Positions 48,427-58,240 of a DNA stretch of 64,000 bases are shown here, piece by piece. The notes beneath the pieces were generated by a model. It worked only from the letters and a program-made list of their open reading frames with translations, ran no database searches and had not been told where the DNA came from. The DNA comes from Basidiobolus meristosporus CBS 931.73. Lineage: Eukaryota; Fungi; Basidiobolomycota. Position 1 is the first letter of the stretch. Every line of letters starts with the position of its first letter. The DNA lies in the NCBI GenBank assembly GCA_002104905.1, contig MCFE01000016.1:186001-250000 (forward strand). Reading direction: 5' to 3'. Position numbers and translations under genes: made by a program.

Positions 48427-50041
48427 TTACTGCGCCGATTTTGTCAAGCTAAGCTTCAATATAACCACTTGGGCTATCTCTTCACGATGGAAATACCTGT
48501 TTCCTTTGCACAGGGGAAGCTGCTCGACTTTGATACCCTCCTCGTCTAAAGGAGCGTCAATGAATGAACCAGATACTCAAACTACTAGGAACTGTACCTG
48601 TGCTGGCATCGAACTGCGCAAAAGTATTTTGGTTCCTGATTGTGGCTGCTAGTATGACCTCAGAGCCGCGGACCAAAAAGTATTTGAACACTCGCACCAA
48701 GAGTGGAATAATTGCTGCGTCGTAGGTCTGCGGAAAAAATGGTTCACACACTTGAACTAAAGAGAAGCCTGGCAAACGAACAATACCACATCAGCACCGA
48801 TAACAAGGTCAAATGGTTGATTAGCAACCTCGCTTTGCTCTAGGTCCTCCCAAGAGAGCTCGAGACTTGCGGTGTTTGGGCAGCGTTCGCTATCTGGATA
48901 CCGTTAGTGATTCTTCCTGGATGTTCAAAAAGTCTGAGCTGCCTACTAAGACGAATGTTGTTTTCAAGCTCGGTCAATACATGAGTACTATAATCCGTCA
49001 TGGTTACTTGCTTGGCTCCAGCGTGCGCACAATACAGCCCTAGATAAAAAGATAAGCAATTTATATGATAGTTTTCAGATTCCATCCCTTACCTAGAAAT
49101 CCTACACCTGACCCAAGTTCCAGGATTCTCTTGTTGTTGATGTATTCAGGATGGGATTGGAAATATTCCGCAAGATTAAGGCTAGATGAATGTTATCTTA
49201 ACCTCATAGTCTTTAACGATGTAATACCAGAACCTTACCTAGCTTCCCTATTTAGTTGTTAGGTCAGTGTATAAAATGTCACATTAGAAAGGCGCAGTTT
49301 CAGAGATATCAAGTCTGTTTTCGTACCATGTTCGAAGTCCAGTAGTACCTATGCCAAGAAGTGAATACTCAGAATAAGACCACGCTAAACATTTAGCTTT
49401 ACCTTGTGAAATGAGGCGCTGATCTTCTTTGATAGTGATGTAAGTCTGACACTGCTCATCGAGATAATAGGTTTTATAGCACGCTTCTGAAGGTGGCCCA
49501 GATACGCTCCTTAATAGTGATGGTGAGCAGAAACCGGAATATGGTTGGTATACAGCATACGGAGAAAATACTTTGTTTGCATCATTAGTTGAATGTAATA
49601 GTCGAGGATTGCTTCCGAAATTTCCTAGGAAACTAAACTAAGTTTTGTTGAATGGAGTGGATTCTGATGCAAATATTCTTTACATGTTGCTGATTTTCCA
49701 AGAGTTTAATATACGCCTTTAAAAAGCTTATGGTGTAGACTGGGGAGCAAGGATACTGCAGGAAAACAGGATCGCTGAGGAGCTGAAAAAGTGTCAGCAC
49801 ATCGCAATTCCTTAAATGAATAACGAAAATACCTTTTGATGGAATTCATCTTGCATTTCCGGTTCGGCGTAGAAATTGGCCAACTCCAAAGTATCTCCCT
49901 CGCCCTGTTGGAGTTAGCAATGAGTGCCGAAGTCGAGAGAATTATCGTGACAGAGCTAAAAAGTCTTACCCAGTACAGTAGCCGTATAGGCACCATCTGA
50001 AAGTACTGGCGTTTTAATAACTCTATGGAAGGTTTTACCAT
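48427..50041 (-). CDS. EFM3: Protein-lysine N-methyltransferase EFM3/EEF2KMT (FAM86)-like, multi-exon
   Basis: N-terminal LLKRQYFQMVP (FAM86-like); exons ISQGTTGLRTW, ILELGSGVGFLG, VTMTDYSTHVLTELENNI, VILAATIRNQNTF; stop at 48427-48429. Confidence 0.8.
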
Positions 50042-50353
50042 GGCGATGCTCGTTGCTCTATGTTATTCGAGAGAGTACTACCAGGCTACTGTGATATGGT
50101 TTACATTTAACTTTTTTTTGAAAGGTTCCATATATGGCTGAAAACAAATTCGTTCATAGATACCAGACGAAATAATCAAATTTCATATTCATCATTTATT
50201 AATAAGCGTCCATCTTGAAGTTGGAAACACTTGCAAACGCTTGACAGCAAGTATACTACTCTGCCTGCTAGGATAACATTTAAGTTGAACGTATGTTAGA
50301 TGTAATTGGAGATTAAATAGATTAAGGGTACTTGGGGGCTAAGTAAAGAATAC

Positions 50354-51841
50354 TCAATATTCATAACGTTTCTTTGCGGCCGTCACTTCCTTTCGTCGTT
50401 TGGTCCGTGCATCAATAACCAACTTCCAGAGTCGTAAATAAAATACCTTGGCCCCCTTCTCTGTTATGTTTGGACATTTTAGACAGCGTTCTATAAATTC
50501 TCCTTCCGGGAGTCGACAGAGTTGTAGTCCACTCTCGACCGGACATAACACCTTTGGATCGACGTATTTTGACGTCGACTTGATCCACTGCACCATCTCC
50601 TCATGCGTCCAGGTAGCGGGATTGTTTGGATTCGGTTCAGGCTTGACACTAGGTGGCATTACTCGAAGTGGCGTGGTGTACCGCAAGGTATTTAGGCTAT
50701 GCTCCATGTCTGTGCTGGATGGTGATATATTGGCAATTACTACTGTGCGGCATTGCCTAGCTGTTGCTAATTCAAAGGCATCCTTCAAGAGAAGAGTAAG
50801 CTTGGAGGTACGATAAGGTACATGAAGATACTGCGTCTGGGATTCAAGTTGGGATCTGGTGCGGATACATTCCTTTAATGTCATTAAGGATTTGTTGATC
50901 TCTTTGGTTTCTTTTAAACGCTCAGCAGTGTGAAATTTGGAATCGGCATGCCGTTCAGAACCAGCCAAATCAACCAGGAAAAACTTGCCGTCTTCGAGCT
51001 GCGTCAAAACGGTATTTTGAGTCCTGATACGGCAAATTGAATGCGATCGGCTAGAAGTCTGGTTTTTGTGGGTACTTTCAGTTTTACGATATGAAGCTGC
51101 GAGTTTCAATAATTCAAGGAATTGCTCAATTGAAGTAACCTCCACTTCTTTTGCTCCAGCAACTTGGACAACTCCAAAAGTATCCTCCATGATCTTCAAA
51201 GGCTCTCGATCATTAAACAAGTCAAAGGTTTGTGAGCCAAGTATTTCAAAATACGACAGAAACACTCGAAACTGCAGTTGGCCAGCTTCTCCTAAATTCT
51301 TAGGGGAATTGATCTGCTTGATGATATCGTAAGCAACTAGCTCTTGAAGCCCAGTCAGAGTGTAGGTTTTGCCACTCCCTGTTTGCCCATAAGCAAACAC
51401 TGTTGCGATTCCGCCTTTCAAGACTAACGGAACAAGGGAGGAAACTGTATGCTCGTAGATAGTGTCATTGTCGTCTTCAGGCCCAAAGGCATAATCCACT
51501 TCGTAGGATTGGCTTTCTATTTTTGGCACACCATCGAAACGCACCTCCAGTTTGTGCGCGACAGTGGTTGGATTTCGAACAGATATTGCATTTAAACATC
51601 CTCTTGCAACTTCATGCTCAAACAATGGTCTTGTTCTAAGAGAAACAATGATATCTCGTGAATCTTCTTCCAGGGGCTTTAAAGCATCGGAAAACTGTTT
51701 CGCTAGAGGCAGTGACTCGTTCCTTTTCTTAAGTTCGGCACGGTAAAATCCTTCGTGATTATCTTCAGAATGAAAGAATTTAGGCTGCACTTTTGGGTTA
51801 CTTATTTCTTGTGTTAGTACGCCAATACTCTCAGTTTTCAT
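50354..51841 (-). CDS. Kinesin motor, kinesin-13-like
   Basis: VSLRTRP, DYAFGP, FAYGQTGSGKT (P-loop), SSRSH (switch I), LVDLAGSER (switch II), HVPYRTSKLTLLLKD; single exon. Confidence 0.93.
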   Translation of the reverse strand: MKTESIGVLTQEISNPKVQPKFFHSEDNHEGFYRAELKKRNESLPLAKQFSDALKPLEEDSRDIIVSLRTRPLFEHEVARGCLNAISVRNPTTVAHKLEVRFDGVPKIESQSYEVDYAFGPEDDNDTIYEHTVSSLVPLVLKGGIATVFAYGQTGSGKTYTLTGLQELVAYDIIKQINSPKNLGEAGQLQFRVFLSYFEILGSQTFDLFNDREPLKIMEDTFGVVQVAGAKEVEVTSIEQFLELLKLAASYRKTESTHKNQTSSRSHSICRIRTQNTVLTQLEDGKFFLVDLAGSERHADSKFHTAERLKETKEINKSLMTLKECIRTRSQLESQTQYLHVPYRTSKLTLLLKDAFELATARQCRTVVIANISPSSTDMEHSLNTLRYTTPLRVMPPSVKPEPNPNNPATWTHEEMVQWIKSTSKYVDPKVLCPVESGLQLCRLPEGEFIERCLKCPNITEKGAKVFYLRLWKLVIDARTKRRKEVTAAKKRYEY

Positions 51842-52929
51842 TATGGGTGGAGTTAATATCGAGCCAGCATATTATGGCTAGTTTTATAAGCCTACATGGA
51901 GCTATTGTTGGTATGGGTATGCTGCGGAAGATAACCAATGATACTCAATGGCCTGCATATGTGGGTGGGCATTTGGTGTAACAATACCCTAGTGAAAATG
52001 TATATATCGAGGGGCTACACACTCTCTAGGCCTGATGATCCCTGAATCAATTATCAGTATCTTGGCAATCCAACAACAACCCAATCATCACCAACAGGCT
52101 ATCCGTTTTGTAAATTCTGGTTTATGTAACCCTCTGCTCCAACTCTCCACACCTTGCTCCCTCCAATCACAACCACAATAGATCTACTGCGAGTCAATCG
52201 AGATACAAAAGAGTAAACAAACCAACTTCTATCTCACAAAATGCTTTCACGTTGGTCCGACTCAGATGATGAGCAATATACCTAAATAATGAGCCAATCA
52301 GAGTAGTATACTGGCGGGTATGGGAACAGAAGTCAGTCATCGCAAGAGATAACGGGGTGGTGAAGACAGAGCTGCTCGAGACTCTTCGCACGAATATATT
52401 TTTGACACTGCACATAAGGCAAGTTACTTGAGAATATTCGATTGCATTCAGTGAAGGGTCATCTACATCTTAATATATCGTGTCCAAGAGGAGTGTCATC
52501 AATACAGTTGGCAGCATCCCTCCTTAAATTCTCACGGAAAGTAGAAATACCAAAGAATTATGACTACTTCCCAGGCCTTAGTTACACAATAATAAATCTT
52601 GGCCTCAGTTTAGAAAAATGAGCACACTCAAGGTTTCAAGCAAGGAGATCACATTCTTTCATAAGAGTGGTTTCAACAAATAATAAGAATGCGAAGCGCC
52701 TAACCATTATTTTTCATCGGCCAATTCGGACGCCGTTCCCCCGATCAAACAGATGGTTCAACTTTTTAACCGAAAGGCAGGCTAATCTGAAGGGCGTCAA
52801 TTGCTAGTGTGTAGAAACTAGTTACAATGGGTTATCAGCCGCAAGCTACGTCATGTAGAGCTAGAATATTATGAAATGGTACTTCCATTAGTGTATCCTA
52901 ACGATACCACTTGAAGCTATTTAGCGGGA

Positions 52930-53420
52930 GAAATTAAGGATTGCCTGGGGAGAAGTAGCTGGGAATGCTTGTATTTCACCATGAAACAATGCTAGCCTAT
53001 TGGCAGTGTAAACAGATATACCAGGTAGCAAGAAAGTGGCTTGTACACAAATTTTGGGAATATGCATTGTGTTGTCAAGAATAACATTGCATCAATCTGT
53101 TCAAATATTAGGATCTAGCATATATTCAATTAGTCAAGTCTCAATTCTAGTTGCTCCATATTGCAACTGCCCTGAAGTATTCATAAATGAAATGCACATC
53201 AGAATGGTGCATATACCCCGCTGGGCACTTTTTGTACTTGCAAAAGCATGGTCAGTATATTTCAATAGAGCATTTCCCACTTTTACATTACCAGATTGCT
53301 CCCCCACGAAATACTGGATTAAGAGAACAGTGCTGGTTTTTGACTTTTGTAAGCAGTATGTATGTATACGCTAGCAATGTGGAACTCGCCCATTTTTGCT
53401 GCTCCAGAATAAAGACCAAG
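52930..53420 (-). pseudogene. Possible decayed Tc1/IS630-type transposase remnant
   Basis: Minus-strand fragments VILDNTMHIPK and PSYFSPGNP loosely resemble DDE_3 motifs (MDNASIH, PPYSPDLNP); CpG-poor; weak. Confidence 0.22.
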
Positions 53421-54400
53421 GACTGTATGAATCATCAGGTCCTGCATTTATACTTCACTACACACAGTCAACAATCTGTTTTCCAATTAGGGCTCAATCA
53501 AGGCGCTGAAGGTAAGATCGTCTGGTGCACCCTGCTGTATTACACACAATAACATATAAACAGGTCATATTTCGACAAGTCTCGGGTTAATAATCCATCC
53601 TCAGTTCTAACTAACCCTGGATATGGATGGAGCAAGTGTGAGTCTGAAGAGGTTCTGTATCATGCGCAACTTGCACTAGCACACCCATCAAGTCCTCTCC
53701 GATCGACAAGATCTAATGCATACAACCTGTTTGACCTTGCATTACTTTTCTCACCATGAGTAATGCTCGGCTGAATCTTGGTGGCACAAGTGCAATGGTT
53801 AATTCATGCCATTGAAGAGTCGCCAGTTCGTTAGATTTTAGTTGCACATGCTAATTTTGAATCTAGCATCCTTAGTAATACCACTTCTATAATCGGGACT
53901 CGGGGTTACGCTTAATGACAGTTGAAAGTGGCCAAGTACTCCTATCATATATGTTAGTTGGATGTGGTCGAAGGTTGGTGATACTCTGCCGCTTACCCGT
54001 AGAGCCTTCGACTTGCTTCTGTTGGCGATCGTTAACCTAAATAAGATTCCTGTTACCATAGCTAATAATAGTGAGTGAGCCACTCCTGTTCAAGAAATTG
54101 CCTTGCCTATCATCAGGGCTATTTCAAGTTCAATGGGCATGTATAACTTGACCCAGGCAAATTAACTCAATGGCTCATGAACACAACATCAATGCTTGGC
54201 CGAATTTTACTTCAATCAGGCTGCATCCGCTTAGTGCCTGTGGCGGATCATAGTATTGGGTGATTTTCATTGATGTGTATATGCCCCATCATCAATTTAC
54301 CTATATCAAGGGTGCTTATATAGATGTGTTTGTGCAGCTTATAGCTCGTCGAGTACATTCCCCATTGCCAACCTGGAAGTTCCCCTCTAAGCCTCGAGCG

Positions 54401-55395
54401 ATGTATGAATACCGCAACCTACTTGTTTCTAGCTTGGCTGCAGTCGTTGCACGTATCTTGACTCATCCATGTAAGGCTACGAATGCTGTGCGTATGTATA
54501 ATTATTCTGACACACCTTCCAAATGTTAGTGGACACGCTCAAGACCCGCTCACAAATTTCAAGCAATAATGAAAGTCTTCTTTACACTCTGCAAAAGATA
54601 TTAGCTCTTGAATCCTTTTGGGCTCTCTACAAGGGCTTGGGAATTGCACTACTCTTTAACGTGCCTGCTTTGACGGTGTTCCTAAATACTTACGATTTGG
54701 CCAAGTACCTAATTTCATTTCATACGGGTCTTAGTTCGAAATCCTTTTTGAATCACATGATATCTGGCTGTTTGGCGGAGATCGTTTCAGGCTTTCTATG
54801 GACTCCTATGGAGGTCATCAAGATCAAGCTTCAGGCGTCCACAGCCAAGGTGTTCGAATTTCATGAGGAGGAGACTCTTGGGCTGGCAAATACAGGGTCA
54901 ACAAAGTGTTCTCGATATGATACTGTACAAACTACAGCAGGTACGATACGAAACATTCTGGCAGTTGAAGGGGTGGCTGGGTTTTTCAAAGGATACTGGC
55001 TAAGCCTTATGGTGTTTATACCGAATTCAATGATATATTTCGTATCTTATGAATACTTCAAATCTCTCTTCTTTTCGCTCGCATTCCCCAACAGTACTCC
55101 TAATGCCATCCCAGCAACCTTACTGGCAGCATCCATTTACGCATTGTCCGCTATACTATCATGCACTGTGGCTGCGGCAATAAGCAATATTCCTGATGTT
55201 ATCAAAACCCGTTGGCAAGTTCTTGACCAGCACGAACGCGAAGAATATGGCAGCTCCCTGGCTATGGTAATTCATATGTGGAGAACAGAAGGAGGGTTGT
55301 TTGCATTCACTCAAGGAATTGGCGCACGTATTGCATATATAACTCCTAGTATGGTTACATCTATGACAATATTTGATCTGTTGAAGAGATCTTAA
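54401..55395 (+). CDS. Mitochondrial carrier family protein
   Basis: Exon 1 MYEYRNLLVSSLAAVVARILTHP plus an intron, then LDTLKTR; further PxD/ExxK signatures PMEVIKIKLQ and PDVIKTRWQ; GLFAFTQGIGARI. Confidence 0.9.
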
Positions 55396-55986
55396 TCCTG
55401 AAACTACTATATTAAATCCTTTTTTCTTGATTTACAAATGGCCTCAAAGTATTGGACTTGATGCATTATACTGGGCTACATAGCTCTTGTGCTGCCATAG
55501 CATGCCCAGGAATGCCTATGGAGCCTGTTGATCCTATATTCAGCCACATAACAAGTAGTACTTTCCTAAACCTTAATGCATAGCAACCCCAAGGCTTCAC
55601 CTGCCTATCTAGAGAAGCTTAATATTTGGACTCTTCTAAGTTAACAAGAGCAATGATAGTTCTTCAGTGCTCAAGACACTGTTCAGTAGGAAGGTGGGTA
55701 GCAAGAGGGGTAGGAATAATATATGAGCAACATTAATAAGGGAATATGATAGGAATCAATACTTGTCATAAAGGAAAGGTGCTGTCTCAGATATTGCTTC
55801 CAAAGGTGTGTCAAGCATTTCTGGTAGGCCAACTTGGGCTTTTCTTACTGCAGAGTATAGTTGGCAAACTTCTTGACATCTGGATCACCAAGTATAGTTC
55901 TCCAGCAGGAGCCAGGTATAGTGTGGTTAGTTCTCTTCCAGGCCATGATCAGTGGATTGTTGCAGTGGTGAGTCTGCACTATAATC

Positions 55987-56647
55987 TGTTGTAAAAATTC
56001 GTATTTTCCACCTAAATATTCACCTAACTTAGTCACTTAGATCACCACCTTCAAATTCTAGAGAATACTGACCAAATTCCTTGTTGGGATTTACTTAGAA
56101 TATTTTCACCAAAATGCCAGGTACCCAGAACATGAAAATTCTCAAAGTTGTCCAAATAGCCCCAAACTTTGCACACATGTTCTTGGGACCTTCCTTAACC
56201 TATTCTACGTGTTTGTAATGCCAAGACCATGTAAAAGTATCAATACTACTTTTACATTCAATAAATCATTAAGTGAAAACCACATAATCTACTTGTTCTC
56301 CAAATCACTTCCAATATCTCCAAGACTCTTACAACAGGTTATGAGCCCCAAGCTGTCACTCTCTGCAATGTCTACTACTGCTATTACTGGAATTTTTCCC
56401 TCTGCTGAAAAGTTGGATGGATCTAACTACCAAGTGTGGAAGGTGAAGATGAAGATGCTGCTGCAAGAAAGAGGCCTTTGGGATATTGTCATGGGAGAAG
56501 AATGCCCTCCTAAAAACGTGGGAGAGGAAGCCTTAAAGTACCAGAAGAAAGAACAAAGTGCCTTTAACTGCATTTGCCTTAATGTCAAGGACAAATTGCT
56601 AATTCAATGCTCAAGAGCAAAAACGGCAAAGAATGCCTGGAAGGCAC
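55987..56647 (+). mobile_element. Copia element family B: 5' LTR + PBS + 3'-truncated gag
   Basis: LTR 55987-56336; PBS GGTTATGAGCCC 56337-56348; gag KLDGSNYQVWKVKMKMLLQERGLWDIV...AKTAKNAWKAL ends abruptly at TTAGGG (56648). Confidence 0.9.
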
Positions 56648-56783
56648 TTAGGGTTAGGGGGAGGGAAAGTCCCCAAGGTAGGTGAAATCTTTATTTGAAT
56701 GCAGACAAGTCTAACTACAAATAAAGAAGCCAGCTGGGAATAGAAGATTCCCAAAGTAAACACTAAGTTGAATATGAATAAAT

Positions 56784-57512
56784 CTAAGCTAAAGTTAAGG
56801 CAGTATCCCAGAGTACACTGGAGTTCAGGTTCATGTGGGAGTGAAGTAGATAAGCTTGAGAGATATAATAATCTTTGAGGAAGTGGGTAACAGCAGGTGA
56901 AGGGGAGTTTTTGATAAGTGAAGTGAATCTTGAGAGCAGAGATTCCTCTAATGAGAAGGTCTTGTAAACTGGAGAATCAGGAAACTCTTTAAAGGCATGG
57001 TCAGTAGGTTCCCAGTAGAACTGGTCAGAGACATTTTGAGAGAACTCTTTAGCAATACTTTTGTCAAGTACTACCTCCAGAGTGTGATGGTTGATAAATC
57101 TCATGTTAACAATCTTGGATAAATTGTAACCTTGTTGCTTGAGATACATCCTATGCTCAGATATAGGAATGAACTCCACATTGGCAAAGTAGCAGACAGC
57201 CCAGTCAGTAGCAGGAGGCAAATCAGAAGTAGTAGGAAACTTTCTTTTAGTCTTGGGAGGAGCGGCAGGATGTCTTGAGGAAGCAGGAACAGGCTTTTTG
57301 ACAGCCTCAGAGTAGGAAGAGTGAGCAGGAGCAGATGATTCTTGGGGAGTCTTGTCGACAGGAACCGTTGGCTGAGAGACAATAGATTCTTGCAGATCAG
57401 AGAAGGCAGAAAACAGCTTTTGAACTTGTTTCTTGAGTAAAGCATTTTCAGCTTCAACAAGTGCAAGCCTTTCCTCAAGGAAGGAAATCTGAAGGGAATG
57501 GAGTGAAGGCAT
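56784..57512 (-). CDS. LINE ORF1-like protein (242 aa, coiled coil + conserved C-terminal domain)
   Basis: ATG 57512 (MPSLHSLQ); LEERLALVEAENALLKKQVQKL coiled coil; W...YFANV....IS..R......SKIVN......LE...D block shared with LINE ORF1. Confidence 0.8.
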   Translation of the reverse strand: MPSLHSLQISFLEERLALVEAENALLKKQVQKLFSAFSDLQESIVSQPTVPVDKTPQESSAPAHSSYSEAVKKPVPASSRHPAAPPKTKRKFPTTSDLPPATDWAVCYFANVEFIPISEHRMYLKQQGYNLSKIVNMRFINHHTLEVVLDKSIAKEFSQNVSDQFYWEPTDHAFKEFPDSPVYKTFSLEESLLSRFTSLIKNSPSPAVTHFLKDYYISQAYLLHSHMNLNSSVLWDTALTLA

Positions 57513-57553
57513 AAGAAATAAGAAGAAGAGGGTAAGATGGGGTGGGAGGGTGG

Positions 57554-58105
57554 GAAAATTAGCAGGGAGAAGAGAAGGAAGGAGCAAAAATTCCAGAAGT
57601 CAGAATTTATAGATGGATGGACAAGGGTAGATGGATGGATTATTCCTAGGTTAGGAAAATTAGCAGGGAGAAGAGAAGGAAGGAGCAAAAATTCCAGAAG
57701 TCAGAATTTATAGATGGATGGACAAGGGTAGATGGATGGATTATTCCTAGGTTAGGAAAATTAGCAGGGAGAAGAGAAGGAAGGAGCAAAAATTCCAGAA
57801 GTCAGAATTTATAGATGGATGGACAAGGGTAGATGGATGGATTATTCCTAGGTTAGGAAAATTAGCAGGGAGAAGAGAAGGAAGGAGCAAAAATTCCAGA
57901 AGTCAGAATTTATAGATGGATGGACAAGGGTAGATGGATGGATTATTCCTAGGTTAGGAAAATTAGCAGGGAGAAGAGAAGGAAGGAGCAAAAATTCCAG
58001 AAGTCAGAATTTATAGATGGATGGACAAGGGTAGATGGATGGATTATTCCTAGGTTAGGAAAATTAGCAGGGAGAAGAGAAGGAAGGAGCAAAATTCCGG
58101 AAGTC
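57554..58105 (-). repeat. Tandem array of 101-bp monomers (~5.5 copies)
   Basis: GAAAATTAGC recurs at 57554, 57655, 57756, 57857, 57958, 58059; copies essentially identical; TATAAA on the minus strand of each full unit. Confidence 0.95.
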
Positions 58106-58151
58106 TTAGGGTTAGGGGAGGGAAAGTCACCAAGGTAGGTGAAATCTTTAT
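58106..58151 (-). mobile_element. Tail-only (~46 nt) 5'-truncated retroelement stub
   Basis: Plus strand TTAGGGTTAGGGGAGGGAAAGTCACCAAGGTAGGTGAAATCTTTAT, immediately followed by a second tail at 58152. Confidence 0.8.
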
Positions 58152-58240
58152 TTAGGGGGAGGGAAAGTCACCAAGTTGGTGAAATCTTTATTTGAGTTAA
58201 GAACTAATCTAGGTACAAATAAAGAAGCCAATTAAGAGGT

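Larger units (their letters stand above)
56648..58105 (-). mobile_element. ORF1-only non-LTR retroelement with CCCTAA tail and 5' monomer array
   Basis: 3' tail AAATAAAGATTTCACCTACCTTGGGGACTTTCCCTCCCCCTAACCCTAA; single ORF homologous to the neighbouring LINE ORF1; no RT. Confidence 0.8.

Noticed and set aside
23480-53495. Isolated single TTAGGG hexamers (near 23480, 32962, 45552, 53487)
   Set aside because: Single hexamers at about chance frequency, none followed by the shared tail.
57101-57688. 195-aa minus-strand ORF overlapping the ORF1-like gene
   Set aside because: Alternative frame produced by the pyrimidine-rich monomers; no homology signal.
57554-58105. Regular array considered as a CRISPR
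   Set aside because: Whole 101-bp units are identical with no unique spacers; eukaryotic context; no cas genes.
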